The notes beneath the pieces are model-generated. The model ran no database searches and was not told the DNA's origin. It saw nothing but the letters and a program-made list of their open reading frames with translations. Both the position numbers and the translations under genes were made by a program. Of a stretch of 59,329 nucleotides of DNA, positions 12,872 to 25,178 are shown piece by piece. Source of the DNA: Octopus bimaculoides (taxonomy: Eukaryota); the NCBI RefSeq assembly GCF_001194135.2, contig NC_068983.1, positions 100,644,488-100,703,816 of the forward strand, read 5' to 3'. How positions within the stretch are numbered: the stretch's first letter is position 1; each line of letters starts with the position of its first letter.

Positions 12872-14145
12872 TTTTGAATTTGAATAGCAGAAGTTGATTG
12901 TTATTACTGTAAGGTGGGCTGCGATTGGTCGAGGAAGGTCACGCCGTGTCGTACTTTGATGCTGGTATATGGGTAACAGTTAGTTGGAAAATACTATGTG
13001 GTGAACAGGAAATTAACCACGTGGAGGACAGGAAATAAACTAAGTGTCGATTGGGGGAGTAGAAAGGGGCAGCATGTGCAAGTATATAGTTCTATATGTG
13101 GGTGTGCAGACGCGCTCATATAGTTTTGCATGCATGTGTATATTGATGCAAATGTGCGCATCTGTACATGGGCGCGCACACGCACGTCTGCACACGCAGG
13201 ATTGGTAAATAGTGGTCCTATTAATAAATGGGGATTGGTAAATAGTGGTCCTGCTCATGGGGTTGGTTGGTAGTGGTGACCTTGGTGCAGGCGGTGCAAA
13301 GTAGCAATTGGTGCTAAGGTGGTATGTCCGGGTTGTCGGCAGTTATAGGCCTGAAATTTGCCAGACGGGCATATCTCTGGTGACAGCAATACTATAAATC
13401 GTATTTTTTGTTGATGGATACTGCGGGTTGTTGGAAGATTATGCAGTTTTTCGCGGAGGCAGAGCTGGCAGTTGGGGGCACCGGGTGAATATGGTGACGC
13501 TCTGTCGACAGTAGACCACTTGATGCTAGAAATTTCATCTCGGACATCTCGGAGTCTCCAGAGAAAACGACACAGGGACGTAGAGTTCTCTCTATCCCTA
13601 GATCTGAACGAGTGCATATACTGGGAGTATCTTCCCTTGAAGTTATTAGCTCTCATACTCGTAGGGTGCCTAATAATTCCATCGGATGGTGTAAGGGTGG
13701 CTCTGTATACTACGGCCCTTGAGACACAAGATCCATCTGGCGGGCACTTGGTGGAGTTTCGGTAGTTTTAGGTTGGAGTTGGAGTGGTGTGGGTGCATTT
13801 TTACGTCTGTTGATGCATGCGATGTTTGATGCGATGTTGTCTAAACAGGAGTAGTTCACCTCGACATTATGGGGGTTGAAGAGTTTGTAAAACTTATGGC
13901 CTCTGGGGAAGTGTTTCTTAATTAACGGCAAGAAACCCCTAGCTACATTGGTGGGAACTTCTAGGTTGAAAGGGGGGGGGGTTATACCATATAATTCTCC
14001 TTCTCCTAATCCTTTATATATATATATATATATAATGACTATATTTATATATGTAATTTAGAAGAAGAAGAAGAAGAAGAAGAAGAAGAAGAAGCTGATC
14101 GAAAAAAGAACGACATTGGCCCCTATACTTTTCCACCAACGTGTA

Positions 14146-14240
<95 letters not shown>

Positions 14241-14482
14241 TTGTATGTGCGCGCGTGTGCGTGTGTATGTATGCTTGACACATTTTAACTCATTTAGAAG
14301 CGAGGTGTCTATCCTTGAGAATGCTCAATAAGAAATGGAGGATTAAATTACTTAAAGTTACGACAACAATGTCTAAATAAAATAGAACAGAGAGTAAAAA
14401 CCTAAAATATCAGATATATGTAGTATATCCACTTTAACCTAGAACATAGTATTATATTTCCACGTGTAGACTCGGATCTCTT

Positions 14483-14517
<35 letters not shown>

Positions 14518-14874
14518 ATACACACACATATACACACACATATACACACGCACACACACACACATATATATATATATATGTATATATATAGGAAGAGATG
14601 CAAGCCGACACATGGAAACTTAATATTATGTTCCAGGTATAAATATACATGTATATAGTATCTATTGTCTACTTATCAGCATCTGTTCTGTTATACAAAC
14701 ACCAATACGCATAGTAAATTGCCGATAACAAATCTTCATTTAGATAGCTACCACGTCTCTATATTTCTGCATTTTAAGTTGGAATTTAGGTACGAATTCG
14801 TCCACGTCATTTGATATCTTATTACCCACAATTTGAATGTATGTATGTATGTATGTATGTATGTATGTATGTGT

Positions 14875-15258
14875 GGAGGCGCAATGGACCAGTGGTTAGG
14901 ACAGCGGACTCGCGGTCATAAGATCGCGGTTTCGATTCCCAGACCGGGCGTTGTGAGTGTTTATTGAGCGAAAACACCTAAAGCACCACGAGGCTCCGGC
15001 AGGGGATGGTGGTGAACCCTGCTGTACTCTTTCACCACAACTTTCTCTCACTCTTTCTTCCTGTTTCTGTTGTACCTGTATTAAGGGCCAGCCTTGTCAC
15101 ACTGTGTCACGCTGAATATCCCCGAGAACTACGTTAAGGGTACACGTGTCTGTGGAGTACTCAGCCACTTGCACGCTAATTTCACGAGCGGGCTGTTCCG
15201 TTGATCGGATCAACTGGAACCCTCGACGTCGTAAGCGACGGAGTGCCAACGACGACGA
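14875..15258 (+). mobile_element. tRNA-derived SINE, local family A (~380 bp)
   Basis: ggaggcgcaatggaccagtggttagg...ggtttcgattccc head; near-identical to 23328-23709 and 58078-58446; flanked on both sides by (ATGT)n. Confidence 0.92.
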
Positions 15259-15479
15259 TGTATGTATGTATGCATAAAGGGAGACAGAGAAAAACAAACT
15301 TAGATAAATTGGTAGAGATAAATATAGTTTAAAATAATACAATAATTAATGAAACGCTATAATCTCATCTGTAATATTTATCAAATTTGCATGTCTGTGT
15401 TTAAAACAAAAGGTTAAACGTCACTCGCAAGTGAGTATAACCGAACAGCTTTACCACTTTCTTGCTAATTGTTATGCCT

Positions 15480-15720
15480 ATGTCGTCGCGGGTAGATATA
15501 AACACCCTCTCCCGCTCATAACTTTGCAGATCGCATGTGACAGCTGGAGGGAGAGTAAGCTGCATTGGCAATTTGACAGCTACTCTTGTTTGCCTGGGTT
15601 GACGAGCAACGTGAAATGATGTGCCTTGCTCAAGAGGACAAAGCAATGTTCAATTCAGAAATGGAACTCATGACTCGTTGATTGCGAACCCAACAACCTA
15701 AACACTAGTCATGCAGCTTT
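15480..15720 (-). mobile_element. Old tRNA-headed SINE
   Basis: Minus strand tagtgtttaggttgttgggttcgcaatcaacgagtcatgagttccatttc...gtcctcttgagcaaggcacatc, a CORE-like central motif. Confidence 0.55.
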
Positions 15721-15789
15721 AAAAATAAACACACATATTTATACACTCACACATGCGCGTATACACAAACACAAACACACACACACGTA

Positions 15790-15877
<88 letters not shown>

Positions 15878-17160
15878 ACCTTACCTAAGGTTCGAAAACG
15901 AATCCACATCTTTCCACATTGTCAAACAAGTTTTCGGCCCATTAACCTTGGCCTTTTTGCACAAGAGATTAATGGGAATAGGTTAAGCCCTTGGACCTTT
16001 TTTCTAGGCGTTCATTGTTCGAACCTAATATAGTAGTAGAATTCCATTGTTTTTGGTTAACCTGATTAAGTTAGCAAAAATTTAATACTCAAGCCAAATT
16101 GCTCTCATCCTCTTTTTTCGGTCATCCGTCGTCTGAACCGAGGAGTAAGCTTTCTGATTATGTTGATTAATGCGTGCGAAGGTAGACATCATTTCTCTCT
16201 GCATACAATTCTCTTTCCCTAGCAGTCACAGAGATGAAACTAACTATCATACAATTTCCGAACGGTCAAACTTTTAGTAATCCATATCTGAATCTTTTTA
16301 TTAACATATATGCATACATAAATACATACTCACATACATATGCACGCACGTCTGTCTGTATGCTTGTATGTATGTATGTATGTATGTATGTATGTATGCA
16401 TGTATGTATGTATGTATGTGTATATGTATAGTGGTCATGGGAAATTTTACCAGCTATTAATGTCATGTAAACGACGTCAGTCTGTCTCTTACTCAGTCAT
16501 CAACTAAATCTACGCATATACATCACACACACACACCAAGTTTACTGATTGATGAGTGTTACTGTAACTTGTAAGGATTAAAAGGCCGTCAAAGAGCGTA
16601 AGAGTTTTATTTAGAGAATCTAAATCGTACTTGAGGAAAAGAAGGGTGCCACTAGTTTATCTACCAATTGAAGTACACATTACTAATCATCTACGGCTTC
16701 CATAGGCAACGGAATTTTAATATATGTATATGTACGTGTATACTGAAAAGGAATTTACATGGAAAAGAGTGGACTCATTGCAAGTTTAGAGTAAAATATT
16801 TATACATATATATGTCGTCAGTGCATAGTCTAGCACATTCTAAGTAATAGTCTCACATCGAAATAATAATATCTCAAACAATCGATAGACGATATGATGT
16901 CTGCGCTTCCCACGAAGAAAATCTGAGCGTAGATGAAATTCCAGACCCAATACAAAGCTTTTGTTCATGCACATGTTTCTGATGGGTTATAAGGGGCGTG
17001 ACTCTTATAAAACCTTCCTGAAAATGTTTTCATTGGATTATGAGTGTGATAGAAACTCATAAAGATAGAAAGCTGAGACAAGGGTAGAAAAATAAGGAAG
17101 GTGCGAATGCCAAAGTAGTGAAATGTAAGAAGAAATGAGAGTTGCGAAATAGCTGAACTA

Positions 17161-17388
17161 CAGGATGCGGCAGAAAGGTTGCTCCTATTTCAAAGATTAA
17201 TAGAAAACAAATACATGAAGATACAAGAAACAACGATGCTCTCCACTCCAGACCATGGTGGGTACTATCCGAAACAGAAAATAATGGTATTTAATGAACT
17301 TCATAGAAATACAAAGTTTTTTATGCATCTTCGTGTGTTTGTTTTTTATTAACCTTTGAAATTGGGGCAACCTTTCTGCCGCACCCTG
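17161..17388. mobile_element. Tc1/mariner-type MITE, 228 bp
   Basis: TA flanks at 17159-60 and 17389-90; imperfect TIRs of about 60 bp (caggatgcggcagaaaggttgctcctatttcaaag / ctttgaaattggggcaacctttctgccgcaccctg). Confidence 0.9.
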
Positions 17389-17766
17389 TATATCGGGTAG
17401 GTTATTAAAGGGGAAATACATTGGTAAGGTATTGTGATAAATTTTTAAATAGAGTAAAATGCTTAAATCAAACAGTATAAAGAGAGCGTAATAGGTCAAA
17501 GATAATGAGCTTAATTTGGTGATGATGTACATTTTCAAAATTTCACAGGTATCTATCGGAGTTGAGACATTTAGTGAAGAGCTCTGATCTTGTTTGTGTC
17601 GGTAATTGTTAACGTTATTTAGTGTGAGTCTCTTCTCAGTTTTAGAAAAATTACATCTTTTGCCCCTTGATGCATGATCTACAACACTCTAAGATTTTCT
17701 ACTAATCAAAATTCAGTAACATATTCTTTAAAGTGTCAAATGTAATTTCTTTTAACGTTTGACAGA

Positions 17767-17803
<37 letters not shown>

Positions 17804-18019
17804 GTGTGTGTGTGAAGTAATGTTTTTACGCTCTATTGTGTTATTCCGTTTAACAGAGATAACACCTGCTTCATATATTATCATTTCTATATTGCATGCG
17901 TTGTTGTTTCTACATGTGCAGTAAACCGCTGCATATATACTTTTTGCATGTGTATATGTGTATCTGTATGTGTGTAGTGGATTCTCAACTTTATTTTGAC
18001 TTATGAGCCTCCAATCGTT

Positions 18020-18230
18020 CGATTACCTGAACGACCTGCCCATTGAATTAACGTGCGTGTATTTCACAAGTATATGTACTCTTAACGTAACTCTCAGGTA
18101 GAATCAGCACGACACAGTCTTCAAAATAGTTTCCGCCTCCCCAATTTCACTCATATGGCAGTGGAACTAAACTCATAGTTGCTAAGCAAACTTCTTAAAC
18201 ACTCAGCAACACCTGCATATAAAATTACAG
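18020..18230 (-). mobile_element. Decayed family-A-like SINE
   Basis: Diverged match to the family A 3' half (ctgcccattgaattaacgtg...cttaacgtaactctcagg...cagcacgacacag). Confidence 0.5.
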
Positions 18231-18722
18231 CAATTAAAATTGAGATTTGCTACAGTCGTTACTAAGATTTTTTTATTGCTCGTTTCTTGTGTGTATTTTA
18301 TTGGTTTTTGATAAGACTGGAAAACTAAACTTTAAATTATAGGTTTATACAAGCGTTAAAGCTAGGTTTATAAATTCGAGATTCTAAAACTTGTTTTAAA
18401 ACATTAAAGGATCTTTGTGGTTTTCGTCGCTGTTTACAATTACCTTTAAAAAAATTTTTTAATGTATCATATAAATATAATTTTTGACGCTGAATCCGAA
18501 TTTGTTATTTTGCAAAAATGTTGCAGGTGTTCAAAATTTGATAATTTTCAGAATTTTCAGCCAATCAGAAAACAGCGCGTTCACTGCCTCTTCTATCATC
18601 AGGGGGAGGGGGCATCGGCATGTCAAAACATTTGTGTATTTTCGCCAATCGGAAGCGAGTATTTTAGACATCACCGCGGCGAAGAAGTCTGATACCTAAG
18701 ATGCTACCTCGGAAATAAGTTC

Positions 18723-18980
18723 ACATAGCCATTTGAGGGCGTACCCTTCTTTCTGATGGTCTTTGAACACAAAGAAACTGCCCTCAGCCATTGTCACATT
18801 ACGATACGACTAACTAGTTGTGGAGATGTGCATAGAAATTCTCCCGCACTATTTCGTCCTCCCCCCGCTTCCCAGCTTCTTTTTCTTTCTCTTCATAGCT
18901 AAATGTTCTTCAAAGCTATTTCCCAGGAGTTTGAGAACTATCAAAAAACTTACATCTCCTCTTCTCTTGGCTGAACAATA
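18723..18980. repeat. ~260 bp segment present inverted at 20711-20973
   Basis: acatagccatttgagggcgtaccc...ttggctgaacaata versus tattgttcagccaa...gggtacgccctcaaatggctatgt. Confidence 0.9.
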
Positions 18981-18996
18981 GATGCTAAGAAGTATA

Positions 18997-19356
18997 TGAG
19001 GGGTGTTTATTAAAGATTTCTCCTGACCCACTTCCGGTTATTGCATGTCTTTAAATGTCACATTGTAAATTGCAGCTTTCCACTAGTGTTCGTTGGTCAT
19101 TTACGGCTGCTGAAGTGGACTAAGATGTTATTTTGTGTTCATTTTATTTTTATTATTTTTTCCGAGGTAAAGTCTTAGCTTCAGTCACAACCTACCGACT
19201 TCTACAGACGATGTTTTCCCGGCTGCATAAAGCAATGAGAGAAGTATGTCACCATTAGTGGTGGCAACGTAGAAAAGGACTAATAATTATTTCAAGTTTC
19301 GTTTATCTCAATCCTTAGGAAATTGTTCAGGGAAAATCTTTAATGAACACTCCTCG
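18997..19356 (+). mobile_element. Internally deleted copy of the mariner at 21444-22697, with the same flanks
   Basis: Both TIRs and TA flanks present; transposase replaced by a short filler; the upstream aacaatagaygctaagaagta and ~160 bp downstream flank are shared with the full copy. Confidence 0.9.
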
Positions 19357-20447
19357 TAGGTTAAAGTAGTGAAGAAAGTCAAACAGTTAGGCAATGCAGG
19401 AGAAGGACATTTAATTTCATTTTAAATTCAATCTAAAACTTAGAATTTAGCTACATAACGAATAGTAAAAATAGTACAAAATGGTAAATATAGTCTCAGA
19501 TATCTGTTTCTGGGATATCAAAATGTCTGGGATATAGCAACCAAAACAAAGAAGCACCACATTCAACAATTTTAGTAAACTAAAATTGTTGAGTGTGAGT
19601 TCTATCTCACACTCAACTTTACTAAAATTGTTGAGTGTGAGTTCTATCTGTTATGAAAATAAACAGTTATAGAACAAGTGGTGGTTACATCCCTAGTGCG
19701 AATGCGCAGCATCTTTGGTTACTATAGAGAAAGCGTTCTTCGCAATCAGCTATGGAACACGTGATGCTTCTTTGTTTTGGTTACTATAGAAACAGACTTC
19801 TTCGCCACGGTGATGTCTAAAATACTTGCTTCTGATTGGCTAAAATACATAAATTTTGCAAATTTTAAAGGCTAACTTTTTAATTATGGATTTATAGGGA
19901 AAATTAATTTCATTTTCATAACTAGTATACAAGACTTAATCCATATACCAAATTTGAAAACTACTGAAACAAAACTGTAGACAGTGACGAAAGCCACAAA
20001 GATCCACATTAAAAATAACGGCTGATAGCATATTTAGCTATAAGTGTCAGAAATGAATGACAGAGTGAGGAATAAATTATACATGTGAGGGAGAAGAGAA
20101 GCACAAAAGAAAGAAAGAAAGAAAGAAATAAATAAAGAAATAAAGAAATAAAGAAAGAAAGAAAGAAAGAAAGAAAGAAGTAGTGCTTTCACTGAACAGT
20201 GAACATAAATAGTTGTATACACAAAATTTGTTTTTGTCAGAAGTGAATAAGAAAATGTAAGGCTTGGCATTATGCAACTGAGTGAATATAGAGAGAAGGA
20301 AGCGGAGAAGGGGGGAGAGTAAGAAGTTAAAAGGTGCGTTTGTTAGGAAGGAGTGTGAAGCAGTAGAAAGAAAGGATAAATATTTATTTGAGAGACGTAT
20401 AAAAAATTAATAAATATAAGGTTGATGATAACGCAGCTGAATGACGA

Positions 20448-20491
<44 letters not shown>

Positions 20492-21443
20492 AAAGAGGAG
20501 AGGTGAATATATTTAAGTTTTCGGAGAGTTGAATAGTAAAGAGAGGGAGGAATAGAAGTAGAGAGTCGTGATAATAAAAAGAAGAGACAGAAAAAGAGGA
20601 GACATACGTATACATTAACAACACAGGCAAAACGATCATTGCTTAAATAAATAAAATGAACACAAAATATAGTTAAAAGACGTACAAGATTTTTATAGTA
20701 AATTCGAGTTTATTGTTCAGCCAAGAGAAAAGGAGATGTAAGTTTTCTAATAGTTCTCAAACTCCTGGGAAATACCTTTGAAGAATTATGAAGAGAAAGC
20801 TATGAAGAGAAAGAACAAGAAACCGGGAAGCGGGGAGGACGAAATAGTGCGAGAGAATATATATGCACACCTCCACAACTAGTTAGTCGTATCGTGATGT
20901 GACAATGGGTGACGGCAGTGTCTTCGTGTCCAAAGACCATCAGAATGAAGGGTACGCCCTCAAATGGCTATGTAAAACGATCCTTGATGCTGCAGCGCTT
21001 TTCTTCCTGCCTGTGCTTAGTAGTTTTAAACTGAAAGTAACTCTGCGCAATCCGATTCCTTGGAGGTCAGACCACAGAGGCTAAGTGGACTAAGCGGACT
21101 AAGCGGGCTAAGATGGCTGTGATAACCAGTAAGTAGTAGGTTTTACGTTGTAGTGGCCTTCTTCCAGATGAATTGTCTTACAAGGCAGGAAAGCTCCACT
21201 TTCCACGGACTTGCCGGAACGGTATCAAAGAGGGTATCGGATCGCCTAAGTGACTCGCCTTCTTGATTTGCTGTCAAAGTCGACTCTCCTAGTCTTTTCC
21301 TTTCCCAAGGTACTCACAAAGTAGTGAGGGTTTGTGATTGAAGTTTCTTCAGTGACATACTAATTAGCCCATAGCTGGGACCTTGACAGGTGCTATTACT
21401 TCGGATCAGAGTAGATAGAGAACAATAGACGCTAAGAAGTATA

Positions 21444-22697
21444 CGAGGGGTGTTTATTAAAGATTTCTCCTGACCCACTTCCGGTTATTGCACGAAACGG
21501 AACTTGCACAGGTGTAATCATACACGTCTTTATATGTCGCATTGTAAATTGCAGCTTTCCACTAGTATTCGTTAGTCTTTTACGGCTACTGAAGTGGACT
21601 AAGATGTTATAATGGAGGCGGTTGAATGCAGATCAGTGAACAGGGTTTTATAATTGAAAGGTTGTACACCAAAAGAGACATTCGATGAGATGAAAGAAGT
21701 TTATGGTGACGATGCACCATCATACGACGTAGTCAAGCACTGGCATCACCAATTCAAATGTAGTTGGACATCGGTGGAAACTGCTCCTATTCCTGGACGA
21801 CCACATTCCGCCATTGATGACGACACCATCCATAAAGTGGAAGCCGCCATTTTGGAGGATCACCGCATAATTATTCGGCAATTAGCCCAAGAAATGAAGA
21901 TGAGTGTAAAGTCCGTCGAAAAAATCATTCACGGCCATTTGCATATGTGAAAGTTGTCTGCACGATGGATTTTCCGGATACTCACACCTTTTCAGAAGCA
22001 GGAACGAGTCAATTGCTCCCAGACTTTTTTGGCAATGAACCAAGAAAACGAGGAGGACTTTTTCGGCAGACTTATCACGCAAGAAGAAACATGGGTCCAT
22101 CACTTTGATCCTGAGACTAAAATCCAGTCGAAGCAATGGAAGCATGATAACTCACCACCTGCAAAGAAGGTTCGTATCCAACCCTCAGCAGGCAAGATGA
22201 TACTCACAGTCATTTGGAACCAGCGCAGAAAAGGGTATACCATGCTTCTCTGCAGCAGAAATTTCGAGACCCCATCAAAGCAGAGAGGCGTGGCGTGCTG
22301 ACCAAAGGAGCACGCCTCCTCCAAAACAACACCCCAGTTCACAATACGTATGTTGTCCAGATGAAAGCACACTCCTGCGGCAATGGAATCCTTCCTCATT
22401 CCCCTTACTCTCCTGACCTCGTACCATCTGACTTCCACCTCTTTCCAACAATGAAGTCTTTTTTGAAGGGGAAGTATTTATCGGATGATGATGAACTTAT
22501 TTCCGAGGTAAAGTCTTAGCTTCAGTTACAACCTATCGACTTCTACATACGATGTTTTCACGACTGCATAAAGCAATGGGAGAAGTATGTCACCATTAGT
22601 GGTGGCAACGTAGAAAAGGACTAATAATTATTTCAAGTTTCGTTTATCTCAATCCTTGGGAAGTGAGTCAGGGAAAATCTTTAATAAACACTCCTCG
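21444..22697 (+). mobile_element. Full-length mariner DNA transposon (1254 bp), inactive
   Basis: TA flanks at 21442-43 and 22698-99; ~31 bp TIRs cgaggggtgtttattaaagatttctcctgac / gtcagggaaaatctttaataaacactcctcg. Confidence 0.95.
21612..22624 (+). pseudogene. Mariner DD(34)D transposase pseudogene
   Basis: HTH region, ARWIFRILT (WVPxxL-like), ITQEETWVHHFDPETK, LLQNNTPVH, HSPYSPDLVPSDFHLF; stops and frameshifts split it over three ORFs. Confidence 0.93.
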
Positions 22698-23327
22698 TAG
22701 GTTAAAGTAGTGAAGAAAGGCAAATAGTTAGGCAATGCAGGAGGACATTTAATTTCATTTTTAATTCAATCTACAACTTACAATTTAGCTACATAACGAA
22801 TAATAAAAATTGTACAAAATGGTAAATATAGTCTCAGACATCTGTTTCTGGGATATCTCAGCTATTAGAGCATCATATCGAGCGAAGCCTCTATAAGTTG
22901 GGTATTCCGTCATCGGAGAAAATATAGGTTAGATAGTGAAAGAAACTTCCCCATCAATTATATATGTAGTTGTTCATTATGTCTCGGATGGTAGGCGGGT
23001 CCAATTAAATCCAGTTAGATCGGGTCTTCTTTAGGTAAATCCATGATCAGAAAAAATGGTTAAGTGGTATAACATGGTGAGAAGAGGGAAAGAATTGTTA
23101 TGCAGGTGCTGAGAGGTAGTTCCACATTCCTCAGAAGCCTGGAACTCCCGAACAAGAGCTCCATTACTGGATGCAGTTTAAAGTCATAGATAGGACAAAT
23201 GAGAAGACGGAGGGAAAATAGAAGAATGACAAAAATATAGACCAAAGATGGGCGACATACTCCCAGCACACAAACTGTGTTTATTTTCATGATGAGAAGT
23301 TAATTTATATGTATAAATTAGTTGAGT

Positions 23328-23709
23328 GGAGGCGCAATGGCCCAGTGGTTAGGGCAGCGGACTCGCGGTCATAGGATCGCGGTTTCGAATCCCAGACCGG
23401 GCTTTGTGAGTGTTTATTGAGCGAAAACACCTAAAGCTCCACGAGGCTCCGGCAGGGGATGGTGGCGAGCCCTGCTGTACTCTTTCACCACAACTTTCTC
23501 TCACTCTTACTTACTGTTTCCGTTGTGCCTGTAATTCAAAGGGTCAGCCTTGTCACACTGTGTCACGCTGAATATCCCCGAGAACTACGTTAAGGGTGGA
23601 CGTGTCTGTGGAGTGCTCAGCCACTTGCACGTTAATTTCACGAGCAGGTTGTTCCATTGATCGGATCAACTGGAACCCTCGACGTCGTATGCGACGGAGT
23701 GCCAACAAC
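23328..23709 (+). mobile_element. tRNA-derived SINE family A with 10-bp TSD
   Basis: TSD aattagttga at 23316-23325 and 23710-23719. Confidence 0.95.
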
Positions 23710-23992
23710 AATTAGTTGAAAATTCATTGGTTGAAACTGATTTTATTTATAATAATTCTGTTCTCTAAGTAGTTCTGCTAATCTAGTATCATGGCATATA
23801 TAATCTAGCTGTTATTTATTTTCAAATCTAATAATACTCACTCAGAAACAAAGATTAAGTTGGGTCTGACTCCAGGATTGTTGGCATAACAATATCAGCT
23901 GATCTTAACATTTTATACACCTGAATTTATTAACGTTAATCTACAATGCTATTCACTTACAACCGGTTTCCATGTAGTATTATTATCTACAA

Positions 23993-24324
23993 TAATGGTT
24001 CTTAACTGGGGTCCATATGACCCCTGGGAGTCTGTATAAGATTCTGGGGGCTACAAACAAAATAGTAAATTGTGGATCCACAGCAATATATTAAGGGTCC
24101 GTGGAAAAATTTTGCTTTACATGCATTCATTGCAAGAAACAGGTTTCTTTCTCTAACATCTTTTATAGTTCAACCCACACACGTGAATGTGTGAAAATCA
24201 AAATAGAAATTTTGAAAGAAGTACCTATAAAACTAGTCTTTAAGCATCAAATAGCTATGGAGCTCCACAAGAGGAAAGCAGTAATCAAAGGGGTCCACAG
24301 GCAAAAAATGGTTGAGAAATACTG
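23993..24324. mobile_element. hAT (Charlie-like) MITE
   Basis: Ends taatggttcttaac / gttgagaaatactg; perfect 8-bp TSD atctacaa at 23985-92 and 24325-32, close to the NTCTAGAN target preference. Confidence 0.88.
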
Positions 24325-24339
24325 ATCTACAACAACAAA

Positions 24340-24760
24340 ACACATTACCAGCAAGTCCTGCCGTCTTCAAAGTTACATTATACAGTCTTTAAGAAAAAAA
24401 AATCAGATTGGACAATGAAATTCTAGACACACAAAAATATTTTAGAGTCACTGTTTGAACGTTTCTGATGACACGTCTGTTCGATAAGGTGTGGCCAGGG
24501 GCTAGACAACAACAGTAATGCTACATTATTCACTCACGTAAGCAATACCAAGTACAAACTAACGTATGAGACACGACGTAGTCACTTAACCTGTTAGATA
24601 AAGCAGACAATACTCTCTGAAAATACATGATCCCCTCCATCTTAAAACGTATAAACATTGGATAATGTATTTCTAGAAAGTTTGTGGCTAAAAGTAGGAT
24701 GAGATTGTCACAGTTAGAATATCTTTAAACAAGATCTGCTCAAAAACTATTGACTTACTC
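24340..24760 (+). repeat. Two tandem decayed units of an interspersed repeat family
   Basis: Motif cattggataatgta..ctaga..ggatg..gtcaca(g)ctggaat..tttg recurs at about 27170-27350, 35020-35100, 44200-44360 and 46270-46440. Confidence 0.55.
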
Positions 24761-24785
24761 TACAACACAATTTCCCTTCTTGTTG

Positions 24786-24960
24786 TGAAGAAGAAGAAGA
24801 AGAAGAAGAAGAAGAAGAAGAAGAAGAAGAAGAAGAAGAAGAAGAAGAAGAAGAAGAAGAAGAAGAAGAAGAAGAAGAAGAAGAAGAAGAAGAAGAAGAA
24901 GCAGGAGCAGCAGCAGCAGCAGAAGCAGGATGAGCAGGAGGAACAGCAGGGCGGCGGCGG
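24786..24960 (+). repeat. (GAA)n followed by (GCA)/(GGC) degenerate triplets
   Basis: Direct reading; explains the poly-K/L/S ORFs. Confidence 0.95.
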
Positions 24961-25088
24961 TGGCAGCTTTGACTAACCAGAACAGAGTGGCACAAAATAA
25001 CACCAAGATTTTATAATTAACCTCTGCAGCGAATACGTATATTTATATAAATGGTACATTTTTATAAACAAAATATATTTTTTATATA

Positions 25089-25178
<90 letters not shown>

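Larger units (their letters stand above)
12655..14012 (-). mobile_element. Penelope-like element (second lineage), truncated: GIY-YIG region and 3' tail
   Basis: RRIIWYNPP..TNVARGFLPLIKKHFPRGHKFYKLFNPHNVEVNYSCLDN, then NNFKGRYSQYMHSFRSRDRENSTSLCRFLWRLRD..IKWSTVDRASPYSPGAPNCQLCLREKLH, with frameshifts. Confidence 0.88.
18409..20006. repeat. Nested inverted repeat blocks (MITE-like ends)
   Basis: 18409-18438 is approximately the reverse complement of 19977-20006, and 18633-18701 of 19793-19860. Confidence 0.75.

Noticed and set aside
14875-14945. tRNA-like sequences with A and B boxes
   Set aside because: They continue into SINE bodies with TSDs and lack a complete cloverleaf, so they are SINE heads and not tRNA genes.
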